Below are positions 48,733-58,753 of a stretch of 64,000 bases of DNA, piece after piece. The DNA lies in the IMG/VR virus record IMGVR_UViG_3300023202_000247, positions 257,462 through 321,461 of that record, one strand, 5' to 3'. The notes under the pieces were generated by a model. It saw only the letters and a program-made list of their open reading frames with translations. It ran no database searches and was not told the origin of the DNA. Each line of letters begins with the position of its first letter. Position 1 is the first letter of the stretch. The position numbers were made by a program, and so were the translations under genes.

Positions 48733-49209
48733 ATGACACCTAGTGAAAATGATCATGTAAAGATATTATTCAAAAATGGTGTAACATACAGCGGCATCGT
48801 TTTGTCCTGGTCGAAAGATGAAGCAGTTTTACGTGATTTTCACAGCAAGGATATTTCAATCATACACAATCCTCATATAAAAGCTCTTATTATAAAAATA
48901 GTAAGAGAAACGCCTGAAGAGGCAAAACAAATTTTTATCGATAAGCCGCTGGAGCTGGATGAACCAGAACGAGATCCTGGTCTTCGTGGAAAGAAATTGG
49001 CCGACTTGTATATGGCAAAGGCCGAAGCTGAGCGAGAACGTTTTCGTAAAAAAATGAATTCGTTTGATAATACAGGAGCACAGGAAGTAAATTATGCAAT
49101 ACCAACAAGCCTTCAAAAACCCACTTTTGAACATTCCGAAGACCAAAACTACAGCAATGATTCAGAAGGTAATCAACTCTTTTCCGGAAGCGAATGGTTT
49201 AAAGATTAG
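48733..49209 (+). CDS. Hypothetical protein
   Basis: 158-aa ORF; 3' end overlaps the DnaC-like gene. Confidence 0.6.
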   Translation: MTPSENDHVKILFKNGVTYSGIVLSWSKDEAVLRDFHSKDISIIHNPHIKALIIKIVRETPEEAKQIFIDKPLELDEPERDPGLRGKKLADLYMAKAEAERERFRKKMNSFDNTGAQEVNYAIPTSLQKPTFEHSEDQNYSNDSEGNQLFSGSEWFKD

Positions 49210-49816
49210 TGATGGATTGCCTGATGAGTGCCTTGTCGCAATTGATGGGTTGAATCGTTATGCTGAGGCAAACATACCCGTTGATTATTGGTTTTTGGAT
49301 ATGGAAGAGTTTAAGGGCGATTCCAATATAAAGAAGCATTACGATAATATCACATCAGATTTTCGCAAGTCTTATGTTGATGGTATTCGCTACTGTTTCG
49401 CAGGTAAGCACGGGCGTGGTAAGACGATGGTTTGCGCGTGTGTTCTCAAAAAGGCTGTTGAAAAAGGTTACAGTGGACTTTACACAACTTTAAGTGACAT
49501 AGTTGCTTTGATGGCATCACATGATGCTGATGGTAAGTATACAGCAAGACAAGATTTATTGCAAGTAGACTTTCTCGTTATTGATGAATTCGACCCTCGT
49601 TTCATGGGTTCTACAAATTCTGCTGATTTGTTTGGTAGAATTTTGGAATCAATTATCAGAGGTAGATTACAGAACAGAATGCCTACTATGCTTTGTACAA
49701 ATAGTAAAGACGCAACATCAGCGTTTAGTGGTCCTCTCAAAGAGAGCATAGGAAGTTTGATGTATATGTTCAAAATAGTTCCGGTTCTAGGGAAGGATTT
49801 TAGAAAGGTTGATTGA
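49094..49816 (+). CDS. DnaC/IstB-like AAA+ ATPase (helicase loader)
   Basis: GKHGRGKT (Walker A), FLVIDEF (Walker B), PTMLCTN; adjacent to DnaB-like gene. Confidence 0.85.
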   Translation: MQYQQAFKNPLLNIPKTKTTAMIQKVINSFPEANGLKISDGLPDECLVAIDGLNRYAEANIPVDYWFLDMEEFKGDSNIKKHYDNITSDFRKSYVDGIRYCFAGKHGRGKTMVCACVLKKAVEKGYSGLYTTLSDIVALMASHDADGKYTARQDLLQVDFLVIDEFDPRFMGSTNSADLFGRILESIIRGRLQNRMPTMLCTNSKDATSAFSGPLKESIGSLMYMFKIVPVLGKDFRKVD

Positions 49817-51282
49817 TGAGCGATGAAATTGATTTGAGAATATTCCGAACGATGATATCGGAGAGAAGCAAAGGGGTAGAGTTTGCTCTAACATATGATC
49901 ATGACATGTTTTCTCCGGACTATCAACTCGTTGCAAAAATGTGTATCGAGTATTTGAGAAAATATAGGGAAAGCCCTACTAAACGAACATTATCGGAATT
50001 TGCTGGAAGATCATATAAGCCGCGCATAGAGGAAGTTTGGGGAAAAGCAGAGGAAATTGATTATAGCGACAAAGAATTTGTATTCGATTTAAACAGACTC
50101 AAGTCCCGATATGAACAATTCATCATAAAAAAGATTTCGGATATAAGTGCTAACCCTGGAGAAAACGCAGAACGTGATATCAAGCTTTTGCTTCAAAAAC
50201 TGAAAACTGTTAAAGATGGTCGCAAGTTTATTCAAAAAACAGTTTCAGAAGGGTTGGACCAAGCTTCGCACGATTACGATCTCAAAAAGAAAAATCCGAA
50301 GTCAAACAAGAAAATACCTTGTGGCTTTTCGGCAATTGACTTTGCCATGTCTGGCGGTCTTGCTCCGGGTGAGTTGTTTGTCGTTGGTGGAGAGACTGGT
50401 TCTGGTAAGTCCATGTTTCTGTTGAACATGGCAATTCAAATATGGTTACAGGGAAACTCGATAGATACACCACCCGATGAAATGGTGGAGGGAAAGAATG
50501 TAACTTATTATAGTTTGGAAATGCCTTGGGAAGAATGTTTTGGAAGGCTCATTGCAAGATTGGCTCAAGTTCCAGAGGAAGATTATTCCAATGGTGATTT
50601 GAATATAGATCAAGAAATGCGCGTGGATAAAGCAAAGGCATTTATTGAAAATTATCATTGGCAATTTGAAATTGTAGATATGCCACGAGGTATGACTCCT
50701 GATGAATTGGAATTGCGGCACGAGGATGCAAACTTGAAATATGAGCCGCACGTCGTAGCTGTTGATTATCTGACCCTGATGAATTTGCCATCCAGCGAAC
50801 AAGATTGGCTCAAAATGGGCACGTTGGCTGGAGCGTTGCATGAATTTGCGCGCGCAAACAAGGTCATTGCCTTGAGTGGTGTTCAATTGAATGATGTTCA
50901 AAGAGGTGAAAAGAAAGATATCAAGAAAAAGGGAGAGAAGGGTGTGTTGGTTGGTGGTCATAGAATTGGACGTTCGAGTCAAATGCTTCACCATATCAAC
51001 GCTTTCGTTCAAATAGAAACACGCCCTGATGAAGATATGTATGGAGATTTCAAATTTCACTACATCAAAAACCGTCGTGGTCCAAAACCACAGAACTGTA
51101 CTTTGAAAAAGAATTTTACCAACAGTACTCTTACAGATATTCCATATGTCTATAAAAAGCAAGAAACTAGCGATAATTCCGCATATAATGACGATCAAGA
51201 TGATAATCTAAACAATGATATTTCTGAAAGTTTCAAAAAAGTAAAAGTAAAGATAGATAAAGATGAGCAAGAACCCGAATAA
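49813..51282 (+). CDS. dnaB: DnaB-like replicative helicase
   Basis: GGETGSGKS, YYSLEM, VDYLTLM, QLN, IKNRRGP. Confidence 0.9.
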   Translation: MMSDEIDLRIFRTMISERSKGVEFALTYDHDMFSPDYQLVAKMCIEYLRKYRESPTKRTLSEFAGRSYKPRIEEVWGKAEEIDYSDKEFVFDLNRLKSRYEQFIIKKISDISANPGENAERDIKLLLQKLKTVKDGRKFIQKTVSEGLDQASHDYDLKKKNPKSNKKIPCGFSAIDFAMSGGLAPGELFVVGGETGSGKSMFLLNMAIQIWLQGNSIDTPPDEMVEGKNVTYYSLEMPWEECFGRLIARLAQVPEEDYSNGDLNIDQEMRVDKAKAFIENYHWQFEIVDMPRGMTPDELELRHEDANLKYEPHVVAVDYLTLMNLPSSEQDWLKMGTLAGALHEFARANKVIALSGVQLNDVQRGEKKDIKKKGEKGVLVGGHRIGRSSQMLHHINAFVQIETRPDEDMYGDFKFHYIKNRRGPKPQNCTLKKNFTNSTLTDIPYVYKKQETSDNSAYNDDQDDNLNNDISESFKKVKVKIDKDEQEPE

Positions 51283-51460
51283 CAAAGATGTTGCAGAAGC
51301 AATTAGGGTTGAAGTGAATGAGGAAACTGATGACATGTTCATAGTTTTTAAGGTTGTTGATAATCACTTCAAACAAAAAATACGAGATCACTGGTTGGAT
51401 GATTCTATAGAGTTGAAAGTTACGGGAAGAAAAACTCTCGAAGAAATTGATTCTACCTAA
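51263..51460 (+). CDS. Hypothetical protein
   Basis: 65-aa ORF in operon. Confidence 0.55.
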   Translation: MSKNPNNKDVAEAIRVEVNEETDDMFIVFKVVDNHFKQKIRDHWLDDSIELKVTGRKTLEEIDST

Positions 51461-51468
51461 GGAGAAAC

Positions 51469-51762
51469 ATGCCCATATACGAACACGGTTGTAGCAAATG
51501 CAATTATACATGGGAAGACATTTATAAAATGTCTGACCCAGTTCCATCCAAGTGTCCAAAGTGCAAGAAAAACAATTGTGTCAAAAGACTGATTTCTGAT
51601 TGTATAGTAAAGGTTGAACTTTCTGGTCGAGAGTTATTCAACAAAAACTGGCAAGAAGGAAAAAAGATGCTTAGAGATGCACAAAAAGATGAAAATCTTG
51701 CAGCCAATTTAGTTGGTGAAGAAAAGTATCACAAACAAGAATTGGCAAAAAATAAAAAGTGA
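51469..51762 (+). CDS. FmdB-family zinc-ribbon protein
   Basis: MPIYEHGCSKC...CPKC...KRLIS; RBS AAGGAG. Confidence 0.85.
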   Translation: MPIYEHGCSKCNYTWEDIYKMSDPVPSKCPKCKKNNCVKRLISDCIVKVELSGRELFNKNWQEGKKMLRDAQKDENLAANLVGEEKYHKQELAKNKK

Positions 51763-51914
51763 CGAACTCTGAGAGAGACAGAATTATCAATATATTGCGT
51801 GAGATTTTATTCGTTGATGATATCGAAATAAAAGATTGTGCAATAGAATCTCTCATAGATATGTTACAAGATTTGGAAACTAAGGATATGAATGAAAAGA
51901 TTGACGGAGACTGA
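51759..51914 (+). CDS. Small hypothetical protein (51 aa, absent from ORF track)
   Basis: GTG overlapping the upstream stop; MTNSERDRIINILREILFVDDIEIKDCAIESLIDMLQDL...; fills the gap before sigma. Confidence 0.5.
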   Translation: MTNSERDRIINILREILFVDDIEIKDCAIESLIDMLQDLETKDMNEKIDGD

Positions 51915-52566
51915 GGCGAATGAAATTCTACAGAAATTAGTTGATCTTCGCAATAAACGTGATAGCTGTAAACGTAAGACTTCCAATAAGTGGAAGTTGC
52001 TCAATGAACAATATACGAAATATGAAGGATATTGTTTAAAGAAGTTTGATTACTTGGTTGTAAGCAAAACAAAAAAATACTCTAGATTTGCTAATTATAA
52101 AGACTTACAACAGGATGGTCGGCTTGCATTGATGTTGGCATTGAGAAGTTTCGATTTGGAAAAGGGAAGTTTCTTTTGGTGGGCGGAAAAATATATACAG
52201 ACCAAAATCAGTCGAGAGGCCAATCGACACAGCACTATAAAGATCCCGATAAAGCAGACGAAAAATTTTCAACCGTTCAAAGTTAGCGATATGCCAGTCA
52301 TCATAGATGATGAACCTGATGCTTTTGAAACAATTGAGAATAATCAATTAAAAGAGTCTGTTAACAGGGCAATTGATAAGCTGCCAGAAGATCAAAGGCA
52401 AATTATCAAACTTAATGGCATAAAGTCATATTCGATAAGTAAAATTGCTCGAGAGATGAAAATTGCTCGTCCTACATGCATAAAATTGCTACAAGAAGCA
52501 AAACAAAATTTAAAGAACAACTTGGAAAATGCTCGCTACTGCGAGATGGAAAACCAGAACATTTAA
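51892..52566 (+). CDS. Sigma-70-family RNA polymerase sigma factor
   Basis: DLQQDGRLALMLALRSFDLEKGSFFWWA (region 2); AIDKLPEDQRQII...SISKIAREM...LLQEAKQNLK (region 4). Confidence 0.88.
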   Translation: MKRLTETEANEILQKLVDLRNKRDSCKRKTSNKWKLLNEQYTKYEGYCLKKFDYLVVSKTKKYSRFANYKDLQQDGRLALMLALRSFDLEKGSFFWWAEKYIQTKISREANRHSTIKIPIKQTKNFQPFKVSDMPVIIDDEPDAFETIENNQLKESVNRAIDKLPEDQRQIIKLNGIKSYSISKIAREMKIARPTCIKLLQEAKQNLKNNLENARYCEMENQNI

Positions 52567-52578
52567 TAGGAGTTTAGT

Positions 52579-55500
52579 ATGGGAACCGATGACGCTCGCG
52601 ATCCTGAGGGACAGGTGTCCCCAAATTATTCATACTCAGAGGCTTATAATGCTTCACTTGAATATTTTCATGGTAATGATTTAGCTGCAAAAGTTTTTGT
52701 TGATAAGTATGCGGTTCGTGATAAAAACGATCGGTTCGTAGAGAAAACTCCCGATGATATGCATTTGAGACTTGCGCAAGAATTTGCACGAGTCGATGAG
52801 AGCTATGGTATGGATTATGAAAAAAGTTTTAATGATACCTATAACGCTATCAAAAACTTTTCCAGAATAGTTCCACAAGGTTCTCCCATGGCTGCCGTGG
52901 GTAACTCTCATCAACTGATGAGTGCAAGTAATTGTGTTGTTGTAGAGAGTCCAGATGATAGTATTGCTGGAATTTTTCGTACAGCTACAGAACTTGCTCA
53001 GCTTTACAAAAGACGTTGCGGAGTTGGAACGGACATCAGCACTTTACGTCCTGATGGAATGCAGGTAAACAACGCAGCGCGCACAACCAGTGGTGCATGG
53101 AGCTTTGCCGATTTTTTTAGTTATGTAACTAGAATGATTGGGCAGTGTATTGCGAAGGGGGAGCGTGTCCTAACCAAAGATGGTCTAAAAGCTATTGAAG
53201 ATGTATCTTCCCAGGATTCAGTTTGGACCAAAAAAGGATGGGTGAGTGTCACTCGTTTGGTGAATAATGGAACGAAAAACATACTGAAGCTCCAGACCTC
53301 GGAAGGGTTCTCCATTCGAGCATCCAAAGATCATGTTTTCTTGACAGAAGATGACGGAACTCTTCTTGAGAAGAAGTTGGGTGATTTTGAACCAGGGGAT
53401 TCAATCGTTTTGATTCCTGGTAACTTTATTACAAAGCCCAATCAGGAATTGATTCCACCAAAATATATAAAGAAGTTACATAACAATTCCAACAAACTTA
53501 ATGAAGATGTATTTACACCTCTGAAGCTAAATGATGATTTAGCATATCTTCTCGGACAAATGTATGGTGATGGTAGTGTTGAATATGATAAGTTTGGAGA
53601 ACCAACTGTTATTTCAATTGCTTGTTCTCATGGTCACCCTCTGATTAGAGAGAAGGTGTGTAATATAGTCAGGTCTTTGTTTGGGTATGAACCGGTCGTA
53701 AAACCCGGCGATGGCGCAGTAGATAAGGTTGAAATTCATAGCAAGGTAATCTGTCATTGGTTACAGCTCAATGGAATCCTAAAGAGTCTTTCTAGTGATA
53801 TTCGCGTGCCATCTAGTATTATCTCTAGCCCATCATCTGTTCAGATGTCTTTTTTGGCTGGGTTTTTTGATGCAGATGGTACAAATGGAAGGTCTAAGAA
53901 GGGGTATGCTTTTAATACTACCTCATTGCCTTTTGCACGTGATCTGCAAGTTCTGTTAATGGCAAACGGGATTGTTAGTAAGCGACATGAAGAAGACAGA
54001 TCCCATAACGGTTGGAAGACGCTTTATTCAGTTATGGTTACCGGAACACATGCGCAAGAAGAGTTAATTCAACATCTTGAAGGTGGAGTATTTGGAGCTG
54101 TAAAGATATACGAGAAGTTTATTTCCAAGCGGGATAACTGCCTCACACCTTACAAGGCCAAAACACTTGGAGTTAGTCACAATAAGTATTCTTATATCCC
54201 GGATAACTCACAATATGTATCAGCTAGCGCATACAATAAGTTGAAAAAAGCGGAAGAGAACTGTGCAAATGATGAGTTGTTAATAACTGCTTCGATTCAA
54301 TCAATTGTTGAGGATGGAGAAGAGGAGACGTTTGATCTTGTGCTTCCAGAAGAGCATCTCTTCTGGTGCGAAGGATTTTATGTTCATAACAGCGGCAGGC
54401 GTGGCGCTCTCATGATCACTATGGATGTACATCATCCAGACATTGTCAAGTTTTCAACCATGAAACAAGACTTGACGAAAGTTACCGGCGCAAATGTTTC
54501 AGTTCGCTTGAGTAACGAATTCTTACAGGCTGTAGAAAACGGTAGTACTTATGAACAAAGGTGGCCATGCGAAGGGACACCTGTTTATAGTAAACAAGTT
54601 GATGCATGTACAGTTTGGAAAACCATCATTGATTCGGCAACAAACACAGCAGAACCAGGGCTAATTATTTGGGATAATATGCTGAATAATTTGCCTGCGC
54701 ATTGCTATCCAGAATTCAAAACTATAAGTACGAATCCTTGTAGTGAAATTGCTCTGAGCGCATATGATAGTTGTCGTTTAATTAGTCTAAATTTAACCGC
54801 ATATGTTAAAAATCCATTTGAATTATCATCGAGCTTTGATTGGGATCTCTTTGTCAAAGATGTTCAATTAGCTATGAGAATGGCTGATAACTTGGTTGAC
54901 ATAGAATTAGGATTAATTTCTAAAATTATAGATATTTGTAAAGATGACGATGAAAAAGCTCTTTGGCAAAAGTTACGAGATGCTGGTGCAAATGGTAGAA
55001 GAACGGGTCTCGGCACTCATGGTCTTGCAGATTGCTTGGCTATGTTGTGTTTAAAATATGATTCTGATCAGGCGGTTCAAATGGTTGATGCTATATATGA
55101 AAGGCTTAGAAATACTGCATATGAGACTAGTACCTTTCTAGCTGAAACCCGAGGGCCATTTCCTTTGTTTGATTATGAGAAAGAAAAGAATTGTAATTTT
55201 ATCAAAAGATTGCCCGTTCACATATTGGATCAAATGAAGAAACATGGGCGCAGAAATATTGCAATTCTAACACAAGCTCCTACTGGTAGCATTTCACTTT
55301 TGAGTAAAGTTGGATGCTTTAATAGATACAGTGTTTCGTCTGGAGTTGAATCAGTATGGCGACTCATGATGACGCGAAGAAAAAAGATTAATTCTGGAGA
55401 TGATGATGTCCGTGTTGACTTTGTCGATCAGCTTGGTGATAAGTGGCAAGAATTTGATGTTTTCCATAACAATGTATTAAATTACTTGGATGTCAAAGGT

Positions 55501-56286
55501 CATGATGTAACACCCGATGATATCGTTTCTGGAAAATATACATTGCCATCGTTTTTTGTTACCAGTGATCAAATTGATTGGAAACAAAGAATTGCCATTC
55601 AAGCAGCCGAGCAGCAATATATAGATCATTCTATCAGCTCAACTATCAACTTGCCGAAAAATACTAGCTCAGCGGTTGTTGGTGAGTTGTACTTAAGTGC
55701 CTGGAAAAAGGGTTTAAAAGGTGTTACGGTTTATGTAGATGGTTGTAGAGATGGTGTTTTGATTTCCAAAGAGGATGAAAAAGATGAACAAGTTGATACT
55801 CCCACGTTAAATGCTCCACGCCGACCGGAAACTCTCATTTCCGAAACTCACAAAATCAAGGTTGATTTTGGCGATGGTGAGTTGAAAAACACATATATTA
55901 CCGTTTCGTTCTTTCCAGAATCTAGACGCCCATATGAGATTTTTATTCAAGCGCCACATCAGTGTTTGTCAGACGAAAAAGACCTTCAGATATTGGAACT
56001 GACTGCAAGAAATACAAGTATGAATTTGCGACACGGAGTGCCAATTCTATATATTTGTGAGCAGTTGGATAAGGTTGGTGGCCAATATATTTTCTCTATT
56101 CCTACCAATGTAAGTAGGATACTAAGAAAGTATATAAATGAACCTGAAGAAAACGTAACTTCCACAGATATGGAACGGCATGATTTACCAGGGGCTATGA
56201 AGTGTCCTAGTTGCAGTGCTAGAACATATATTCTTTCAGAAGGATGTGGTACTTGCTCGTCCTGTGGATATTCAGGTTGTTCATGA
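52579..56286 (+). CDS. nrdJ: Class II (adenosylcobalamin-dependent) ribonucleotide reductase containing an intein
   Basis: VPQGSP, SNCVV, GVGTDISTLRP, RRGALM, TNPCSE, RRTGLG, APTGSIS, C-terminal TSCPD-like domain and Zn ribbon. Confidence 0.95.
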   Translation: MGTDDARDPEGQVSPNYSYSEAYNASLEYFHGNDLAAKVFVDKYAVRDKNDRFVEKTPDDMHLRLAQEFARVDESYGMDYEKSFNDTYNAIKNFSRIVPQGSPMAAVGNSHQLMSASNCVVVESPDDSIAGIFRTATELAQLYKRRCGVGTDISTLRPDGMQVNNAARTTSGAWSFADFFSYVTRMIGQCIAKGERVLTKDGLKAIEDVSSQDSVWTKKGWVSVTRLVNNGTKNILKLQTSEGFSIRASKDHVFLTEDDGTLLEKKLGDFEPGDSIVLIPGNFITKPNQELIPPKYIKKLHNNSNKLNEDVFTPLKLNDDLAYLLGQMYGDGSVEYDKFGEPTVISIACSHGHPLIREKVCNIVRSLFGYEPVVKPGDGAVDKVEIHSKVICHWLQLNGILKSLSSDIRVPSSIISSPSSVQMSFLAGFFDADGTNGRSKKGYAFNTTSLPFARDLQVLLMANGIVSKRHEEDRSHNGWKTLYSVMVTGTHAQEELIQHLEGGVFGAVKIYEKFISKRDNCLTPYKAKTLGVSHNKYSYIPDNSQYVSASAYNKLKKAEENCANDELLITASIQSIVEDGEEETFDLVLPEEHLFWCEGFYVHNSGRRGALMITMDVHHPDIVKFSTMKQDLTKVTGANVSVRLSNEFLQAVENGSTYEQRWPCEGTPVYSKQVDACTVWKTIIDSATNTAEPGLIIWDNMLNNLPAHCYPEFKTISTNPCSEIALSAYDSCRLISLNLTAYVKNPFELSSSFDWDLFVKDVQLAMRMADNLVDIELGLISKIIDICKDDDEKALWQKLRDAGANGRRTGLGTHGLADCLAMLCLKYDSDQAVQMVDAIYERLRNTAYETSTFLAETRGPFPLFDYEKEKNCNFIKRLPVHILDQMKKHGRRNIAILTQAPTGSISLLSKVGCFNRYSVSSGVESVWRLMMTRRKKINSGDDDVRVDFVDQLGDKWQEFDVFHNNVLNYLDVKGHDVTPDDIVSGKYTLPSFFVTSDQIDWKQRIAIQAAEQQYIDHSISSTINLPKNTSSAVVGELYLSAWKKGLKGVTVYVDGCRDGVLISKEDEKDEQVDTPTLNAPRRPETLISETHKIKVDFGDGELKNTYITVSFFPESRRPYEIFIQAPHQCLSDEKDLQILELTARNTSMNLRHGVPILYICEQLDKVGGQYIFSIPTNVSRILRKYINEPEENVTSTDMERHDLPGAMKCPSCSARTYILSEGCGTCSSCGYSGCS
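53146..54390 (+). mobile_element. Intein (415 aa) with LAGLIDADG homing endonuclease
   Basis: Q|CIAKGERVLT ... FYVHN|SGRRGA; LAYLLGQMYGDG and FLAGFFDADG motifs. Confidence 0.95.
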
Positions 56287-56287
56287 T

Positions 56288-56668
56288 ATGCCTGAATATA
56301 GTGTTTACATAGATAAAGAAGATGCTTTTGCCGCTGAAGAAGAGGAAAGGGATCGTTTCATACGAGACACGCTAATTCAGATGGGTCTTCCAATAGAAGA
56401 AATATGGGAAGAAGAATCATTGTCAGTAGAAGAAAAAATAGAACTTCGTAAAGTATTGAGAAAGTTTGATGTAGAAATTATAACTGATAATGATAGATGT
56501 TTTGAAATTTACTATAATAAAGAAGTTGTTAGCAGGTGGTATAAACCTAGATTTATTTTGCGTCGAGACATGTCTGAAATCAGACCATCGAAGCAGATAT
56601 ATTATGAAATGATCGTCCAATACGAAAGTATGTTTGACGAAGACCATCAAGAGGAAGAAGATGAGTGA
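56288..56668 (+). CDS. Hypothetical acidic protein
   Basis: Start refined to ATG 56288 just after the nrdJ stop. Confidence 0.65.
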   Translation: MPEYSVYIDKEDAFAAEEEERDRFIRDTLIQMGLPIEEIWEEESLSVEEKIELRKVLRKFDVEIITDNDRCFEIYYNKEVVSRWYKPRFILRRDMSEIRPSKQIYYEMIVQYESMFDEDHQEEEDE

Positions 56669-56966
56669 AGAAAATAGTGAAGATAAAGATGTGGAACGCA
56701 TCAAACCAGAAGACCTTTTCAAACTAAAGGAAATGGAATCAGATGTAAAACTACTGGTTACTCAAGCAGAACTTGCCGCAGCGCAGGCTAAGAATGCTGA
56801 TTTGGCAAGAGCGTCATTCATATCTCATATATTTATCAAATATGGTATGTCATTTGGAGATACTTTCGAGCCGGATGGTAAAATTGTCAGACAGCAAAAA
56901 GACTCAGATGAAGAGTCGACACCGTTAAAGAAGCGAACTTCCAAAAAAGTAACTGACAAAAAGTAA
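56661..56966 (+). CDS. Hypothetical protein
   Basis: Start refined to ATG 56661; basic C-terminus. Confidence 0.6.
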   Translation: MSEENSEDKDVERIKPEDLFKLKEMESDVKLLVTQAELAAAQAKNADLARASFISHIFIKYGMSFGDTFEPDGKIVRQQKDSDEESTPLKKRTSKKVTDKK

Positions 56967-56974
56967 GGAAAACA

Positions 56975-57598
56975 ATGAAAATAACTGATAGTGTAGAATC
57001 AATATCCGCATTGGTTTTGGTTAGAAATCATTTAGAGGTGTTAGGCCAAAACAGGAACCGTTCCAACCCAAACGAATATAAACAAATACGTGAGTTTATC
57101 AGACAAGCAGATAAAGTCATTATTGAAAGTTGTATTGGTGAAGTTGATGAGGGAATTCAGTTCTCTGATGTTTCTAGAAATTATATCACAGTCTCACCAA
57201 CTGTAAGAGTTATGGAAGATGACTCCGATGACGATAGTGTATTAGAATACGATCATGAAACGATTGCAGAATTGCAAACCAAGATGCGAAAGTATAAGAT
57301 AAACAAAATCGTTGAAGATTCAGAGGTTGATGATTTAGTTAAAATTGATAAAATCACAGAACCCATAAATGTTGATGAGAAAAAGGCGTCTGAGAAGACA
57401 CCAAAGAAGACTACGAAAAAGGCTGCGAAGAAAAAGTCTTCAAAAAAGAAAGCTTCAAAGAAGAAGAGTAAGACTGATGAACAAAAAGAGCTTGACGAAA
57501 TAGCTAAAAAAGTAGCAGCTGCGAAGAAAGAAGTTGCAACTCGTAAGGAAAACACGGGAACGGGCACGTTTTCACCCCTTCACCATGTAGAAGAATGA
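56975..57598 (+). CDS. Hypothetical protein with a histone-H1-like Lys/Ala-rich segment
   Basis: KKASEKTPKKTTKKAAKKKSSKKKASKKKSK; RBS AAGGA. Confidence 0.7.
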   Translation: MKITDSVESISALVLVRNHLEVLGQNRNRSNPNEYKQIREFIRQADKVIIESCIGEVDEGIQFSDVSRNYITVSPTVRVMEDDSDDDSVLEYDHETIAELQTKMRKYKINKIVEDSEVDDLVKIDKITEPINVDEKKASEKTPKKTTKKAAKKKSSKKKASKKKSKTDEQKELDEIAKKVAAAKKEVATRKENTGTGTFSPLHHVEE

Positions 57599-58401
57599 AT
57601 TTTTCAACAAGAAGTGAGTTAATAAATCTAAAAGATGAACAATGGCTTCGTCGGCAAAAAGTTGCTGGTGAAACTGTTGCTGCCGTGTTGAAACGATGTG
57701 GAGAGTTAATCAACTCTGAGTCAAAACTTTCTTTACAATATCTGAATGAAGAAGCTGATTTTCTCATTCGTTCTCGCGATTGCACACCGACATTTTTGAA
57801 TTACAAAGGCGGTGGCAACATTCCGTTTCCAGGGTCCGTTTGTACTTCGGTAAATGAAAATGTTGTTCATGGTATTCCAAATGATTATGTTTTGAAACAT
57901 GGTGATTTGATAACTATCGATTTGGGTGCAACGTATGAGGGAGCAATAGCTGATGCCGCATATACATTTGTATATGGTGAAACCGCACCTATTGTGGTGG
58001 ATATGTTGAAGATGTGTCAGGGTTCGCTTCATGCCGCAATAGATGCTGTAAAAGTTGGTAATAGGCTTGGTAAAGTATCTCACGCGATACATTCTCACGT
58101 AAAAAATTCTTCCTATGGTCTCATCATTCAATATGGTGGACATGGTATCGATTATAATAAACCACATGCAAGTCCATTTGTTGCAAATAAAGGTAGGCCC
58201 GATGAAGGCATTCGTATTCAAAATGGCCTTGCAATTGCAATTGAACCAATGTTAACTCTTCTTAAAGATACATCTACCAAAGTTTTGGATGATAATTGGA
58301 CGGTAAAGGCCAGCTCTTTGAGCTGTCACTTCGAACATTCAGTTTTTGTTTGGAAAGATGAAGCTATAATAATAACCGATCACGGTATGAAATATGATTA
58401 A
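57595..58401 (+). CDS. map: Methionine aminopeptidase type I
   Basis: CTSVNE.VVHGIP, IDLG, ADAAYT, GGHGI, AIEPML, HFEHSV. Confidence 0.95.
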   Translation: MNFSTRSELINLKDEQWLRRQKVAGETVAAVLKRCGELINSESKLSLQYLNEEADFLIRSRDCTPTFLNYKGGGNIPFPGSVCTSVNENVVHGIPNDYVLKHGDLITIDLGATYEGAIADAAYTFVYGETAPIVVDMLKMCQGSLHAAIDAVKVGNRLGKVSHAIHSHVKNSSYGLIIQYGGHGIDYNKPHASPFVANKGRPDEGIRIQNGLAIAIEPMLTLLKDTSTKVLDDNWTVKASSLSCHFEHSVFVWKDEAIIITDHGMKYD

Positions 58402-58753
58402 TGATTCTAAAGAAAACTATTTGATGGGTCTGATACTAGATGGTTCTACCAAGGTAGGAACATATGATGTTTATAACTCATTTCCAGAGCGTGGCATATT
58501 AAGCAATGTTGAAATTAATTATATATATATTAATGTTGCTATAAATATGACAAAGAGAAAGCTGAGAGTTATGCAAGCTGTAACATCATCACCTGATAAA
58601 GAGCATGATGCTTTTGTTAGAATAAAAGAGGTTCAGAAAAATTTTGGGTGTTACCATTTGAATTTTGATAATATATTTTATTCTGAACCAACTACAAAGT
58701 GTGGAAACGTTCGTTTGATGGGGTTTTACAAAGAGGGTTTGCATGCGAATTGA
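58394..58753 (+). CDS. Hypothetical protein
   Basis: 119-aa ORF overlapping both neighbours. Confidence 0.55.
   Translation: MINDSKENYLMGLILDGSTKVGTYDVYNSFPERGILSNVEINYIYINVAINMTKRKLRVMQAVTSSPDKEHDAFVRIKEVQKNFGCYHLNFDNIFYSEPTTKCGNVRLMGFYKEGLHAN

Noticed and set aside
45839-58221. Long antisense ORFs such as 46209-46748, 50446-51198 and 57733-58221, and other shadow ORFs in the track
   Set aside because: They lie opposite well-supported genes, lack motifs and RBS, and are explained by codon bias of the sense strand.
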